A stretch of 64,000 bases of DNA from Candidatus Pacearchaeota archaeon (GCA_018303845.1 JAGVXH010000004.1:197165-261164), one strand, 5' to 3'. Positions 28,766-38,973 are shown, counted from the stretch's first letter. Notes: generated by a model not told the origin, from the sequence alone. Numbers and translations are program-made.

Positions 28766-29044
28766 ATGGCAGAAAATATAGCAGAAAATTTTGACCTCTT
28801 CTTCAGAAGAAAACCAGCTATGATGTTAATTGCTCTCGGGAAAGTTACTCGTGCGAAATACGGTTCTCAACTAGCAAAAGAAGTTGACTGCACATATTCC
28901 CACGCAGTTAAAATTCTCCAAACCCTAGAAGAGCTAGGACTTGTAAGCTTCGAAAAAAAAGGCCGAATCAAAGTAATAAAGCTAACAAAAAAAGGCTCCG
29001 AAGTTTCAGAACACATAGCAGCAATACGAAAACTGGTTGTTTAA
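28766..29044 (+). CDS. winged helix-turn-helix transcriptional regulator (ArsR/MarR-like)
   Basis: 92 aa. KYGSQLAKEVDCTYSHAVKILQTLEELGLVSFEKKGRIKVIKLTKKG is an HTH-plus-wing pattern. Confidence 0.7.
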   Translation: MAENIAENFDLFFRRKPAMMLIALGKVTRAKYGSQLAKEVDCTYSHAVKILQTLEELGLVSFEKKGRIKVIKLTKKGSEVSEHIAAIRKLVV

Positions 29045-29182
29045 ATTTTCAGAATGAATACTTTTTAAAATAAACCCAATCATTATATTTAAATTGCAAA
29101 TAAGGTTTAAATCTCCTATAATTTTTTTCAGAATAATCAACTCAGATACTTTTTTAAACCAAACTCCTCATAAACATTTATT

Positions 29183-29257
29183 GGCTTCGTAGCTCAGCCT
29201 GGTCAGAGCACTAGACTCTTAATCTAGGTGTCGGGGGTTCAAATCCCCTCGAGGCCA
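29183..29257 (+). tRNA. tRNA-Lys (anticodon CTT)
   Basis: Acceptor GGCTTCG/CGAGGCC, D arm AGCTCAGCCTGGTCAGAGC, anticodon stem CTAGA/TCTAG with loop CTCTTAA, T arm GGGGG-TTCAAAT-CCCCT, discriminator A. Confidence 0.9.
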
Positions 29258-29339
29258 TTTTATATTAATTCGGATATCATGTTTTCTATGCGCTCCAATA
29301 TATCCTTAATGACATCTTGCGATATTTCTCTTTCCATTT

Positions 29340-29744
29340 TTAGATTTTAGTAAAATGTTCTTTCATATCTTTTTTATTTGGGGAGGGCATTTTGTTAATT
29401 ATTTTTTCTAGCCTTTCAACATCTACTTTAAGGTCGTGTTTGTAAATTCCTTTTATTAAGCTTCCAATCTTAAAGATCCTGTCCCTTTCTTTTAATATTT
29501 TTATTTTTCTGAGGATTGAGGGAACAAGCCAACTAAGAAAGAAAAAGGCAAAGGATATAATAAAATTCTTAAATCCAAAAGTAAGATATACCGGGAAGGA
29601 AATTCCTATTATTAAAGCCATATAGATACCCGTGGAAGATATTTGGTTGGAGATTAAAATATCTAAATTTACTAATCTTGCCTCCGTTTTATTTTTTAAA
29701 AAAGAGATTTGATGTTCTATATTTTCTTTTGTTTCTTTATCCAT
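29340..29744 (-). CDS. hypothetical membrane protein
   Basis: Two central TM segments. Markedly AT-rich. No motif recognised. Confidence 0.45.
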   Translation of the reverse strand: MDKETKENIEHQISFLKNKTEARLVNLDILISNQISSTGIYMALIIGISFPVYLTFGFKNFIISFAFFFLSWLVPSILRKIKILKERDRIFKIGSLIKGIYKHDLKVDVERLEKIINKMPSPNKKDMKEHFTKI

Positions 29745-29905
29745 ACCTCAACCAAAGAATTAAACTATTAAAAACTTGGGTATTTTACGAAATATCAACT
29801 CATTTCTTAATCTATAAAACTTAAACTTCTGCTGTCCTCCATCTATCATCCCACCTCCAAATCCGCCCCATTAACATTTATAAAATCAAACACCTAAACA
29901 GAATT

Positions 29906-30772
29906 ATGAAAAGAGGACAAGTTATAACCTTGACAAGAGAATCCTTCTTAATAATCCTAGGTATATTAATCGCAGGCTTCGGGCTTGAAAGCTTCCTAAT
30001 TCCAAACGGCTTTATCGATGGAGGAATAACAGGAATTTCATTGTTAATTTCCTTTCTAACTCCAATATCAGTGTCGGCTCTAATCTTTATTCTAAATATT
30101 CCTTTCATGTTTCTAGCAAGAAAACAAATAGGAAAAACCTTCGCCATAAAAACCTTCCTAGCTATTTTCGGGCTTTCGCTGTGTCTTATATTCGTCCACT
30201 ATCCAATAATCACTTCAGATAAACTTCTCGTGGCAATTTTCGGAGGATTCCTTTTAGGTGCAGGAATTGGATTATCCGTCAGAGGTGGTGGCGTCCTAGA
30301 CGGAACCGAAGTCCTTTCAATCTACTTAAGCAAAAAAATCGGATTAAGTATGGGAGAAATAATATTTGTAATAAACATAGTTATATTTTCTTTCGCAGCA
30401 TTTTTATTAGGAATTGAAACCATGCTTTATTCCATTCTAACATATCTAGCAGCTTCAAGAACAGTAGACTTTTTCATTCAAGGAGTGGAGGAATATATCG
30501 GAATAACAATAATATCCAAAAAAAGCGAAGAAGTAAGAAAGAAATTAGTAAAGGATTTCGGAAAAGGAGTTACTATATACAGTGGCAAAAGTGGATATAC
30601 GGAAGACGCTAAAAAGGATATAGAAATATTATTCACGTTCGTAACAAGATTAGAAGTTACAAAGATAAAGAAGGGAATAATCTCAATAGATCCAGAAGTA
30701 GTAATAATAGAACAGGGAATAAAAGATGTTAGAGGCGGAATAATAAAAAAAAGACCTACAATAATTAATTAA
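29906..30772 (+). CDS. YitT-family membrane protein (DUF2179 C-terminal domain)
   Basis: Repeated FLIPNGFIDGGITG / GGGVLDGTEV motifs in the TM region. C-terminus GVTIYSGKSGYT...VTRLEV..IK..I..IDP..VI. Confidence 0.8.
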   Translation: MKRGQVITLTRESFLIILGILIAGFGLESFLIPNGFIDGGITGISLLISFLTPISVSALIFILNIPFMFLARKQIGKTFAIKTFLAIFGLSLCLIFVHYPIITSDKLLVAIFGGFLLGAGIGLSVRGGGVLDGTEVLSIYLSKKIGLSMGEIIFVINIVIFSFAAFLLGIETMLYSILTYLAASRTVDFFIQGVEEYIGITIISKKSEEVRKKLVKDFGKGVTIYSGKSGYTEDAKKDIEILFTFVTRLEVTKIKKGIISIDPEVVIIEQGIKDVRGGIIKKRPTIIN

Positions 30773-30774
30773 AT

Positions 30775-31089
30775 TTAATCATCAACCCTAACTGTCTTCC
30801 CACACTTCACGCACTTATAAAATTTCGACTCCGGTTCATCCCCAGACCTCATTTGCCTAATCCAAAATTCCGCCTTTTTCGAACCGCAAGCATGACAATC
30901 CCAATCAGTTACCGGGTTAACAGTCGCATCCTTACCACAAGCAACTCTAACATTATTCTTTTCATCAACTTCTTCCTTCATCTCCATGCAGACCTTCCCC
31001 TTCGCAACATAACTACACTTCGGACAACCAACTCGACTAGTTTTCATCATCAATATCGCACCACATTTCGGACAAAATTCCATAACCAA
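30775..31089 (-). CDS. tfs: transcription factor S / RNA polymerase subunit M-type zinc-ribbon protein
   Basis: N-terminal CPKC...CPKC ribbon. C-terminal TFIIS ribbon CHAC..(K)AEFWIRQMRSGDEPESKFYKCVKCG with the acidic DE hairpin. Confidence 0.85.
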   Translation of the reverse strand: MVMEFCPKCGAILMMKTSRVGCPKCSYVAKGKVCMEMKEEVDEKNNVRVACGKDATVNPVTDWDCHACGSKKAEFWIRQMRSGDEPESKFYKCVKCGKTVRVDD

Positions 31090-31191
31090 CCCTACATTCT
31101 CAACTTTAAAAAATTTGCCCTAACACATTCCTCCCTAAAGAATAACAAATCCCGCCAAGTTAGCTAACAGCTAAAGACTATCAGCTAAAGA

Positions 31192-31761
31192 CTATCGACA
31201 CATTCCCCTATCACTAGGAGAGCGTCCTATCTCAAAAAAAATCAACTTCGCCCATCCAATTCCAGGTACTTTAAACAATGCCCGACCAACCAACTGGTCC
31301 TCAGCAATATTTTTCTCGCTGTTCAATTGCAACGAATTAGTCTTATAATTATCTCCCTTAGTGGCATAACTATCCTCAGCCTTAACAACTCGATGAATCA
31401 AAGGATATTGCCGTCCCCCATCAAAAATAATCACATCCCCAACTTTAACATCTTTCGCCCCAATAACAAAAATCACATCACCCTTACTAAATCCATTCTG
31501 AAAATCCCAGCCCGTCGTGTCTTCTAACCCCAATCCATAGTCCTCATAAACTGAGCTTTCAAACGTTCTAGCAAATCCATCCTGATGATGATACATGCTG
31601 CAAGACTCAACAATAACCAAAGGCAAGCTCGTCCCAGTTAAAAAACTTAAACCAGGGAAAAACAAAAATTTAATCACAATAAAAGCTAAAACTAGTGTAA
31701 CAAAAAAAGACGGCCAACTATCCTCTTGCAAAAAATCCCACATCTTCTTAAAAAATTTCAT
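31192..31761 (-). CDS. signal peptidase I (archaeal/ER type)
   Basis: N-terminal TM. Candidate catalytic Ser box VESCSMYHH. GDVIIF and LIHRV boxes. Confidence 0.68.
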   Translation of the reverse strand: MKFFKKMWDFLQEDSWPSFFVTLVLAFIVIKFLFFPGLSFLTGTSLPLVIVESCSMYHHQDGFARTFESSVYEDYGLGLEDTTGWDFQNGFSKGDVIFVIGAKDVKVGDVIIFDGGRQYPLIHRVVKAEDSYATKGDNYKTNSLQLNSEKNIAEDQLVGRALFKVPGIGWAKLIFFEIGRSPSDRGMCR

Positions 31762-31835
31762 AACCTAAACAAATGCTTTCCATTTATAACCTTTGCCACC
31801 ACAATATTTAAATAATATACACTACTCGTATACAC

Positions 31836-32171
31836 ATGGAAGATATCTTTGAAAACACAATCCTTTGTAAGCACTGCAACAAAAAAATGCAGCCAGAACA
31901 AATTTCTAGGAAGGGCTTCATTCTTCGAACTCTAAAATGTGAACCTTGTAAAAATCTAATTGTTCATCCAGAAGACTTAAAAGAATACGAAAGTTTTCAA
32001 AATATCAAGAAAAAACAATTCAAAGTCAAACTTCGATACGTTGGAAATTCCTATGCGGTATCAATACCAAGAGAAATAATTGACTTCATGAATGAACAAG
32101 AAAAACAAATGGATAATATAGTAAATATGTGTATGGAGGATATGAGGAAACTTTCCTTAAGATTTAGATGA
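31836..32171 (+). CDS. zinc-ribbon + AbrB/SpoVT-like DNA-binding protein
   Basis: CKHC...CEPC ribbon, then [23 protein letters not shown] (AbrB swapped-hairpin pattern). ATGA overlap with cdc48. Confidence 0.6.
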   Translation: MEDIFENTILCKHCNKKMQPEQISRKGFILRTLKCEPCKNLIVHPEDLKEYESFQNIKKKQFKVKLRYVGNSYAVSIPREIIDFMNEQEKQMDNIVNMCMEDMRKLSLRFR

Positions 32172-34483
32172 AAGAAGACAAAGAACAAACATTAAAATTA
32201 AGAGTAGTTGAAGCACTCCAAGAAGATGCCTACAAGGGAATCGTAAGAATAGATCCAAATCTAATGAAAAAACTTTCCTTAGACAGAGGAGACATAGTCT
32301 CAATATCCGGAGGTAGAGAGACATACGTGATAGTAGACCAAGCATATCCAGCAGATCATGGAGAAGCAATAATCCGGATGGATGGGATAACAAGAAAAAA
32401 CGCAAAGACCGGAATTGGAGAGCATGTCCAAATAAAAAAAGGCAAAATTCTAGAGGCAAAAAAAATTACAATAGCTCCAGCCCAAGCAGGAATCATGGTC
32501 AAAGGAAATCCTGATAATTTTAGACGCGGGCTTCTAGGAAAACCTGTGAATAAAGGAGACATTGTAGTAATGGGAGGCGCACAACAGCGTCGAGACATTA
32601 TGTCAGAAGATCTAAACAATTTATTCGGTGGCGACATAAGTGAAGTCTTCAATCAAATGGGATTCGGTGGTATACCAGGCGGACTAACCCAAGTCAGATT
32701 CGTAATCGCTTCAACAACTCCAAGCAAACCTTGCATCATAACAGAAAACACCGAAATCATACTCTCTCCAAAAGCATTAGAAGTATCCGAAGAATCAATA
32801 CCGCAAATAACTTACGAAGATATCGGAGGACTAACTGATGAAGTAAAAAAAGTTCGAGAGATGGTGGAACTCCCATTGAAACGTCCAGAAATTTTCATGC
32901 GACTAGGAATCGAGCCACCAAAAGGAGTCCTGCTTTACGGTCCGCCAGGAACAGGAAAAACTCTCCTTGCAAAAGCCGTCGCAAATGAATCCGAAGCACA
33001 TTTTATTTTACTAAACGGCCCAGAAATTATGTCAAAGTTCTACGGAGAATCCGAAAAGAAAATCCGTTCAATATTTGAAGAAGCAGAAAAGAACGCACCG
33101 GCAATAATTTTTATAGACGAAATAGATTCACTTGCCCCGAAGCGAGAAGAGGCAGGTGGAGAAGTCGAAAGAAGAGTAGTCTCACAATTACTAACAATGA
33201 TGGACGGATTACAAGCAAGAGGAAAAGTCGTAGTCATCGGAGCGACAAACCGTCCAAATGCAATAGACCCAGCTCTTCGTCGTCCAGGAAGATTTGACAG
33301 AGAAGTAGAAATTTCCGTACCAGACAAAGCCGGCCGAATGCAAATATTACAAATTCACACAAGAAATATGCCACTTACAAAGTCCGTAAAACTAGATGAG
33401 CTAGCCAGAAAAACACACGGCTTCGTAGGTGCCGACATAAATTCCCTAGCAAAAGAAGCCGCAATGATAGTTATAAGAAAAAATCTAGATAAACTAAAAT
33501 TAGAAGAAGATAAAGAAATATCACAAGAAATCTTAGACCAGTTAAAAATTTCAGGCAAAGATTTTGAAGAAGCATTAAGAGTAGTAAGGCCTTCCGCAAT
33601 GAGAGAAGTCTTAGTAGAAACCCCGAACACAAAATGGGCAGACATCGGAGGAGTAGACGAAGTTAAGCGAGATCTTCGAGAGGCAGTAGAATGGCCATTG
33701 AAATTTCCAGACGCATTTTCAAGAATGGGAATCACTCCGCCAAAAGGAGTTTTGCTCTATGGTCCACCAGGTACGGGAAAAACTCTTCTCGCAAAAGCCG
33801 TCGCGAATGAATCCGAGGCAAACTTCATCCAAATCAAAGGACCAAGCCTACTAAGTATGTGGGTAGGAAAGTCCGAAGAGGGTGTCCGGAAAATATTTGA
33901 ACGAGCTCGTCAAGTTTCACCATGCATAGTATTTTTCGACGAGATAGATTCTCTAGCTGGTAAACGGGGAACAGGGATGAGCGGTGGCTCTAAAGTAACA
34001 GAAAACGTCCTAAACCAACTCTTAGCTGAAATGGACGGAATCGAAGACTTAACAAATGTCATAGTAATTGGAGCAACAAACCGACCAGACATTTTAGACC
34101 CCGCACTTCTAAGGCCAGGAAGATTCGACAGAATAGTCTATGTCCCAGTCCCAACAAAAGAAGGCAGATTAGAAATCTTAAAAATTCATACAAACAAAAT
34201 GCCAATTGAAAATAAAGAAAAACTAGTAGAAAGTTTATCGGAAGAAACAGAAGGATTCACAGGGGCAGACTTAGAAGCACTGGCAAGAGAAGCCGCAATG
34301 CTTTCCTTACGAGAGGATATATACGCCAAAAAAGTTAAAAAAGAACACTTCGTAAAAGCTATGGAAAAGGTCAGACCTTCCGTGTCAAAAAGCGACGAAG
34401 AGAGGTATAAACAAATCGAATCAAAATATCTAAAATCAGCAAAGGCGGCACTGCTGGATAAAAGTGCGAGCTACACAGGTTAA
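32168..34483 (+). CDS. cdc48: Cdc48/VCP-like AAA+ ATPase (N domain + D1 + D2)
   Basis: Double-psi N domain ([21 protein letters not shown]). Two [15 protein letters not shown] Walker A boxes. Walker [10 protein letters not shown] / IVFFDEIDS. Second region of homology in both rings. Confidence 0.95.
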   Translation: MKEDKEQTLKLRVVEALQEDAYKGIVRIDPNLMKKLSLDRGDIVSISGGRETYVIVDQAYPADHGEAIIRMDGITRKNAKTGIGEHVQIKKGKILEAKKITIAPAQAGIMVKGNPDNFRRGLLGKPVNKGDIVVMGGAQQRRDIMSEDLNNLFGGDISEVFNQMGFGGIPGGLTQVRFVIASTTPSKPCIITENTEIILSPKALEVSEESIPQITYEDIGGLTDEVKKVREMVELPLKRPEIFMRLGIEPPKGVLLYGPPGTGKTLLAKAVANESEAHFILLNGPEIMSKFYGESEKKIRSIFEEAEKNAPAIIFIDEIDSLAPKREEAGGEVERRVVSQLLTMMDGLQARGKVVVIGATNRPNAIDPALRRPGRFDREVEISVPDKAGRMQILQIHTRNMPLTKSVKLDELARKTHGFVGADINSLAKEAAMIVIRKNLDKLKLEEDKEISQEILDQLKISGKDFEEALRVVRPSAMREVLVETPNTKWADIGGVDEVKRDLREAVEWPLKFPDAFSRMGITPPKGVLLYGPPGTGKTLLAKAVANESEANFIQIKGPSLLSMWVGKSEEGVRKIFERARQVSPCIVFFDEIDSLAGKRGTGMSGGSKVTENVLNQLLAEMDGIEDLTNVIVIGATNRPDILDPALLRPGRFDRIVYVPVPTKEGRLEILKIHTNKMPIENKEKLVESLSEETEGFTGADLEALAREAAMLSLREDIYAKKVKKEHFVKAMEKVRPSVSKSDEERYKQIESKYLKSAKAALLDKSASYTG

Positions 34484-34484
34484 A

Positions 34485-34844
34485 ATGTTCGGAGACGATT
34501 CATTCGCAGGAATCGAAGATTTATTCAACCAACTATCTGGCGCGAGAAGACAATCTTCTTACAGTTCAAGGATTCAAACTCAAACTCTTTTAGGCACAGT
34601 TGAATCAAAAAAAGAAACAAGATTAATTTTTGATTTATCAGGTAAAAAAATAATATCATTAGGAGTTAAAGATGGACTTGAAACAAACGAATATGGAGAA
34701 AGGGTTCACAACGGGCAAAAAACTTTAGAAATAAAACTCGAAGACAATGAAAGCCTAAAATATATTCTTCCAACAGCTCTCGCGAAAAGAAAAATCAGCC
34801 ATACATTTTCTAACGGAATACTGGAGGTTTCCATCCAAAAATGA
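34485..34844 (+). CDS. Hsp20/alpha-crystallin-like small protein
   Basis: The ATG lies 1 nt after the cdc48 stop. C-terminus ...LKYILPTALAKRKISHTFSNGILEVSIQK resembles the end of an alpha-crystallin domain. ATGA overlap with the next cdc48 paralogue. Confidence 0.5.
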   Translation: MFGDDSFAGIEDLFNQLSGARRQSSYSSRIQTQTLLGTVESKKETRLIFDLSGKKIISLGVKDGLETNEYGERVHNGQKTLEIKLEDNESLKYILPTALAKRKISHTFSNGILEVSIQK

Positions 34845-37054
34845 AAAGCAAAATAACTCTCGAAGTAATAGAAACAAATCAAAAATATGTTGGAAAAAAT
34901 TTAGTAACAATATCCAATGTTGATATGGAAGGCTTAGGAATCGTATCGGGAGATATCGTAAAAATAGGAATTAGAAAAGAGCTTTATCTTAGGGCGATAA
35001 GAGTAAGCGATGAGTTCAAAGGAAAACTAAGTATCGACGGAGAAGCCAGATCATTCTTGGGTTTATCAGTCGGAGAAAAAACAACAATATTAAAAGCAGA
35101 AGAAATGCCATTGTTAAAATCGGCAACACTTTCAATTTTACCTCACGAATCATTTTCTAACGAACAACTAAAATCCTACAACTCCCAGTTAAGAGAATCC
35201 GAAGAATTCCAAAAAATTTTAGTAGACTCTCCACTTTCAATCGGACAAAAAATCACAATTCCAACATCAGTGGGAAAGCTCGCATATTCCGTAACAAAAA
35301 TTTTGCCGAAGAAAACAAATTTCGGACTAGTGACAGATTCGAGTAAAATTGAAATTTCCGAAGATATAGGAGAAGGCTCCGGCGCAAACATCTACTACGA
35401 AGACATAGGCGGATTAAAAGAAGAAATCGAAAAAATAAGAGAAATGGTAGAATTTCCAATGAAGCATCCTGATATTTTCCAAAGACTAGGAATCTCTGCA
35501 CCAAAAGGAGTTCTAATGACAGGTCCGCCAGGCACAGGAAAAACTCTTCTAGCAAAAGCAGTCGCAACAGAAACCGACGCAAAATTCATCTCAATTGCCG
35601 GTCCAGAAATCATGTCTAAATATCACGGAGGCTCCGAAGAAAATTTAAGGGCAAAATTTGAAGAGGCAGAAAAAAACACGCCAGCAATAATCTTCATTGA
35701 CGAAATAGATGCAATCGCACCAAAGCGAGGCGAGTCACATGACCAAGCAGAAAAGCGAGTTGTAACTCAACTCCTAACACTAATGGATGGACTAAAGTCA
35801 AGGGGACAAGTAGTCGTAATGGCAGCGACAAACAGGCCAGAAGATTTAGACGAAGCATTGAGAAGACCAGGCAGATTCGACAGAGAACTAAGAATCAACC
35901 CACCAACAGAAGAAGGCAGAAAAGAAATCTTACAAATTCACACAAGAAACATGCCACTCGAAGACAAAGAAGCTTTACTAGAAGAATTTTCAAACAAAAC
36001 AATTGGATACACAGGAGCAGACTTAGAAGTCCTGTGCAAAGAAGCAGCACTTCATTCCGTAAAGCCTTTCTATAGTGCAATCATTTCAATTGGAGAACAA
36101 ATCGACGAACAAGACCAAGAAAAATTACAAGAGTTAGAAGCAAAGAAAAGAGAACTTCTAAACAAAATAATAATCTCAAGAGACGATTTCGTCTACGCGA
36201 TGAAAATGGTCGAGCCGTCGGCCATGAGAGAGGTTCTAATTAAAAAACCAAATGTAAGATGGACAGATGTGGCAGGATTAGAAGAAGCAAAAGAAAAACT
36301 TCGAGAGTTAGTTGAACTTCCATTATTAAGACCAGACTTATACCGAGCAGCCGGAATCAAACCAAGTAAGGGAATCCTTCTTTACGGCCCGCCAGGCACA
36401 GGAAAAACTCTCCTAGCAAAAGCCGTAGCAACGGAATCAAACGCAAATTTCATTTCAGTAAAAGGCCCAGAGTTAATTTCAAAATGGGTAGGCGAATCCG
36501 AAAAACATATAAGAGACATATTCAAAAAAGCAAACCAAGTTTCCCCTGCAATAATTTTCTTCGATGAATTCGACTCAATCTCAAAGTCCCGTGGTTCTGG
36601 AATCGGAAGCGACTCATCAGAAAAAGTAGTCAACCAACTCCTAACTGAACTGGATGGAATAGAAGAATTAGAAAACGTAATAATTATAGCGGCAACAAAC
36701 CGAAAAGACCTAATCGACCCAGCACTTCTAAGGCCAGGAAGAATCGAAGCCCATGTCGAACTAACCAACCCAGATGACGAAACAATAAAAGAAATCTTCA
36801 AAGTCCACACGCGAGAAATGCCACTAGAAAAATCCGTCTCACTAGAAGAACTAGGAAAAATGGCAAGAGGCTGGACGGGTGCAGAAATAGAAAGCGTTTG
36901 CAGAAGGGCAGGGCTAAATGCAATTAAGAGGAATTACAAAGAAACAGATTCCAAAAAACTAACAATCACAAAGGAAGATTTCAAAGAAGCAATGGAAGAA
37001 GTTTCTAAAACAATTGGCAAGTCATTAGAAGAAACAAAACCAAAGAAAAAATAA
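34841..37054 (+). CDS. second Cdc48/VCP-like AAA+ ATPase paralogue
   Basis: Divergent N domain. Two [17 protein letters not shown] Walker A boxes. Walker [10 protein letters not shown] / IIFFDEFDS. Extra linker (EQIDEQDQEKLQELEAKKREL). Ends in KPKKK. Confidence 0.9.
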   Translation: MKSKITLEVIETNQKYVGKNLVTISNVDMEGLGIVSGDIVKIGIRKELYLRAIRVSDEFKGKLSIDGEARSFLGLSVGEKTTILKAEEMPLLKSATLSILPHESFSNEQLKSYNSQLRESEEFQKILVDSPLSIGQKITIPTSVGKLAYSVTKILPKKTNFGLVTDSSKIEISEDIGEGSGANIYYEDIGGLKEEIEKIREMVEFPMKHPDIFQRLGISAPKGVLMTGPPGTGKTLLAKAVATETDAKFISIAGPEIMSKYHGGSEENLRAKFEEAEKNTPAIIFIDEIDAIAPKRGESHDQAEKRVVTQLLTLMDGLKSRGQVVVMAATNRPEDLDEALRRPGRFDRELRINPPTEEGRKEILQIHTRNMPLEDKEALLEEFSNKTIGYTGADLEVLCKEAALHSVKPFYSAIISIGEQIDEQDQEKLQELEAKKRELLNKIIISRDDFVYAMKMVEPSAMREVLIKKPNVRWTDVAGLEEAKEKLRELVELPLLRPDLYRAAGIKPSKGILLYGPPGTGKTLLAKAVATESNANFISVKGPELISKWVGESEKHIRDIFKKANQVSPAIIFFDEFDSISKSRGSGIGSDSSEKVVNQLLTELDGIEELENVIIIAATNRKDLIDPALLRPGRIEAHVELTNPDDETIKEIFKVHTREMPLEKSVSLEELGKMARGWTGAEIESVCRRAGLNAIKRNYKETDSKKLTITKEDFKEAMEEVSKTIGKSLEETKPKKK

Positions 37055-37057
37055 TAG

Positions 37058-37324
37058 TTATTTTTTCCTTTTCTCGCAATACTCCAAAACCTCTCGACAC
37101 ACACTTCGAAACGGCTCATCAACAGGATCTGCCTTCATAGTTACTCTCATATCCTTTCCACTTACTTCGGACCCGTCTATCATCCGCCTTAGACTCGACA
37201 AATCCGAAGACAAAACAACTAAAGAATTAGTCATCTTATCTAGCCCATCTTCACATATGGGAGACATGTTCTTCTTAACAATTTCGTAAATCTTCCCCCT
37301 TCTTATCTTTACATCGTCGTACAT
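37058..37324 (-). CDS. hypothetical protein
   Basis: 88 aa. Overlaps the 3' end of map by 16 nt. No motif recognised. Confidence 0.4.
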   Translation of the reverse strand: MYDDVKIRRGKIYEIVKKNMSPICEDGLDKMTNSLVVLSSDLSSLRRMIDGSEVSGKDMRVTMKADPVDEPFRSVCREVLEYCEKRKK

Positions 37325-38238
37325 ATAACTTCACCTCCCGCAATAACAAAAGTATTCTCAATCTGACTAACAGGCATCCGACTCTTCTCAACTAAAATCG
37401 GATACTCATAAAAAACTCCAGCCCGAACCAAATTTCCCAATATAAATTTAAGTTTAGTCTCCGAACCCCCGAACCCCAAAACCCCCGAACCCCCGTCTGC
37501 TTTCGCTAGCCAGCGAAGGCAGAATGGACGCGTTCCATATTCCCTTTTGACAAATTCCAAAACCTTCCTCGCATCCAAATCTCGAACCTGCCCTTCTCCC
37601 TTCAAAACATAAATCCCACCGCCTTTCCCTTCAATAACATCTCCAACTCCCATAGTCACAAACGGCTCGATCGCAAAAGCAACATTGTCCAAAATTTTCT
37701 TATTCTCATTTCGATAATTAGAAATCGTCAAACCAGCGTGAATATTATTTCGCCCCAATGCGTGTCCACACAAACTCTTAATCACAGCAAACCGCTTATC
37801 ATCCCACTTTTCAACAACTTTCTGCACAGCCTCTCCAACATCTTTAACCTTCATTCCAACTTTCACAATCTTACTAGCCTCAGCCAAAATTTCCTCATTG
37901 AATCTAATCATGTCATCAAATCTTCCATCGTCAGTCAAATCAAAACTAATTGCACAATCTGCAATAAACCCATCAACAGCAACTCCAATGTCAATTTTCA
38001 AAATCCCTTCAGCAACAATATCACAATCACTAGTCGGAGTAAAATGTGCCGCAATTTCATTCAACCCCAAATTAACAGGAAAGGCCCCCTCACCACCAAG
38101 CTCTAAAATCTTAGCGTCTATTAGATTAGCAATATCAATCAACTTCATCCCAGGCTTAACTATCTCACGCGCAAAAACTTTAATTTCCCGAGCAATTTTA
38201 CCAGCCTTAACATAAGAATCAATTTCATTTTTATCCAT
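37309..38238 (-). CDS. map: type 2 methionine aminopeptidase
   Basis: Aligns by eye with archaeal MetAP: AGKIAREI, AFPVNLGLNEIAAHFTP, IDIGVAVDGFIAD, LCGHAL, FAIEPF, PFCLRWL, YEYPILVE. Contains the in-frame G-run insert GGSGVLGFGGS. Confidence 0.95.
   Translation of the reverse strand: MDKNEIDSYVKAGKIAREIKVFAREIVKPGMKLIDIANLIDAKILELGGEGAFPVNLGLNEIAAHFTPTSDCDIVAEGILKIDIGVAVDGFIADCAISFDLTDDGRFDDMIRFNEEILAEASKIVKVGMKVKDVGEAVQKVVEKWDDKRFAVIKSLCGHALGRNNIHAGLTISNYRNENKKILDNVAFAIEPFVTMGVGDVIEGKGGGIYVLKGEGQVRDLDARKVLEFVKREYGTRPFCLRWLAKADGGSGVLGFGGSETKLKFILGNLVRAGVFYEYPILVEKSRMPVSQIENTFVIAGGEVICTTM
37461..37494 (+). repeat. C5-run repeat, variant unit CCCCCGAA (inside the map CDS)
   Basis: ccgaacccccgaaccccaaaacccccgaaccccc. 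On the coding (minus) strand this gives four G4-5 runs. Confidence 0.85.
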
Positions 38239-38338
38239 AAAATAACAAAGCCAAAATCCTATTTATGTATTTCTATACATTCTAACAACCATATTCGCCA
38301 CCATTTATTTAAACAAAATATCCGAAAAGCAACAAGGG

Positions 38339-38728
38339 ATGATAAAAAAAACCTGGATAATTTTGGGAATCTTAATCCTAATAATAGTATCAACAGCATT
38401 TTTTTACTTTCAAAAAGACAACTCGCGAATAGAAGGACAAGTGATACGATTAGAAGAAATACCGACAAAACCAGAAGAACCTTCACTCGTCCCAGAAATA
38501 ACCAAAACAGAATTCACGAAACATAATACTAAAGAAGATTGCTGGATAGCCTATGGAGAAAAAATCTACAATTTTTCAAATGCAGTAATGCACCCAAACA
38601 TGGAGAAAACATTTTTTTCCCATTGCGGAAAACTCACATTCCAAGAAGCTGCGATATCTAAACATGAAACAAAGTCAAGTGAATCAAGAGTAGAAAATTT
38701 CGGAGTTTACATAGGAGAAATGATATAA
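38339..38728 (+). CDS. membrane-anchored cytochrome b5-like heme/steroid-binding domain protein
   Basis: N-terminal TM. FTKHNTKEDCWIAYGEKIYNFSNAVMHPN follows the b5-domain pattern, but HPGG is replaced by HPNM. Confidence 0.55.
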   Translation: MIKKTWIILGILILIIVSTAFFYFQKDNSRIEGQVIRLEEIPTKPEEPSLVPEITKTEFTKHNTKEDCWIAYGEKIYNFSNAVMHPNMEKTFFSHCGKLTFQEAAISKHETKSSESRVENFGVYIGEMI

Positions 38729-38973
38729 TGGCACTCGACCCAACACTCGCGATAAGATTAGTCTACATATTCGGAATCACAAACATAATCAGTATACTCT
38801 TAGTCCTAACCTCTTGTCGTTGTATGGGCATAGCAACTATAACAAATAGATTTTTCGACTATCCATGGTATCAAAAATATTACAGCCATCACTGCAAATA
38901 TTGGTGGATATTCATAATTTCAGTTCTACTTCACACGTCATTAGCATTTTATATATTTGGAGTCCCAGTATAA
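38728..38973 (+). CDS. small membrane protein
   Basis: 81 aa, two or three TM segments. Its start overlaps the previous stop (TAATG). Confidence 0.4.
   Translation: MALDPTLAIRLVYIFGITNIISILLVLTSCRCMGIATITNRFFDYPWYQKYYSHHCKYWWIFIISVLLHTSLAFYIFGVPV

Noticed and set aside
31168-31195. 14-bp tandem duplication cagctaaagactat x2 at the 3' end of the signal peptidase gene
   Set aside because: This is a single short duplication spanning the stop codon, with no other copies noticed. It is most simply a replication-slippage scar with no evident function.
3312-37054. Inteins or other large insertions in ppsA, the DNA ligase, the Cdc48 paralogues or metG
   Set aside because: The protein lengths are normal for their families. 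Conserved motifs are contiguous, with no Cys/Ser...HN splice-junction blocks.
37496-37523. The 12-bp hairpin next to the G-run in map as an integral part of the mobile repeat
   Set aside because: Its arms encode the conserved CLRWLAKA segment of MetAP, so the pairing may be incidental. Only the G-run portion is clearly extra relative to other MetAPs.
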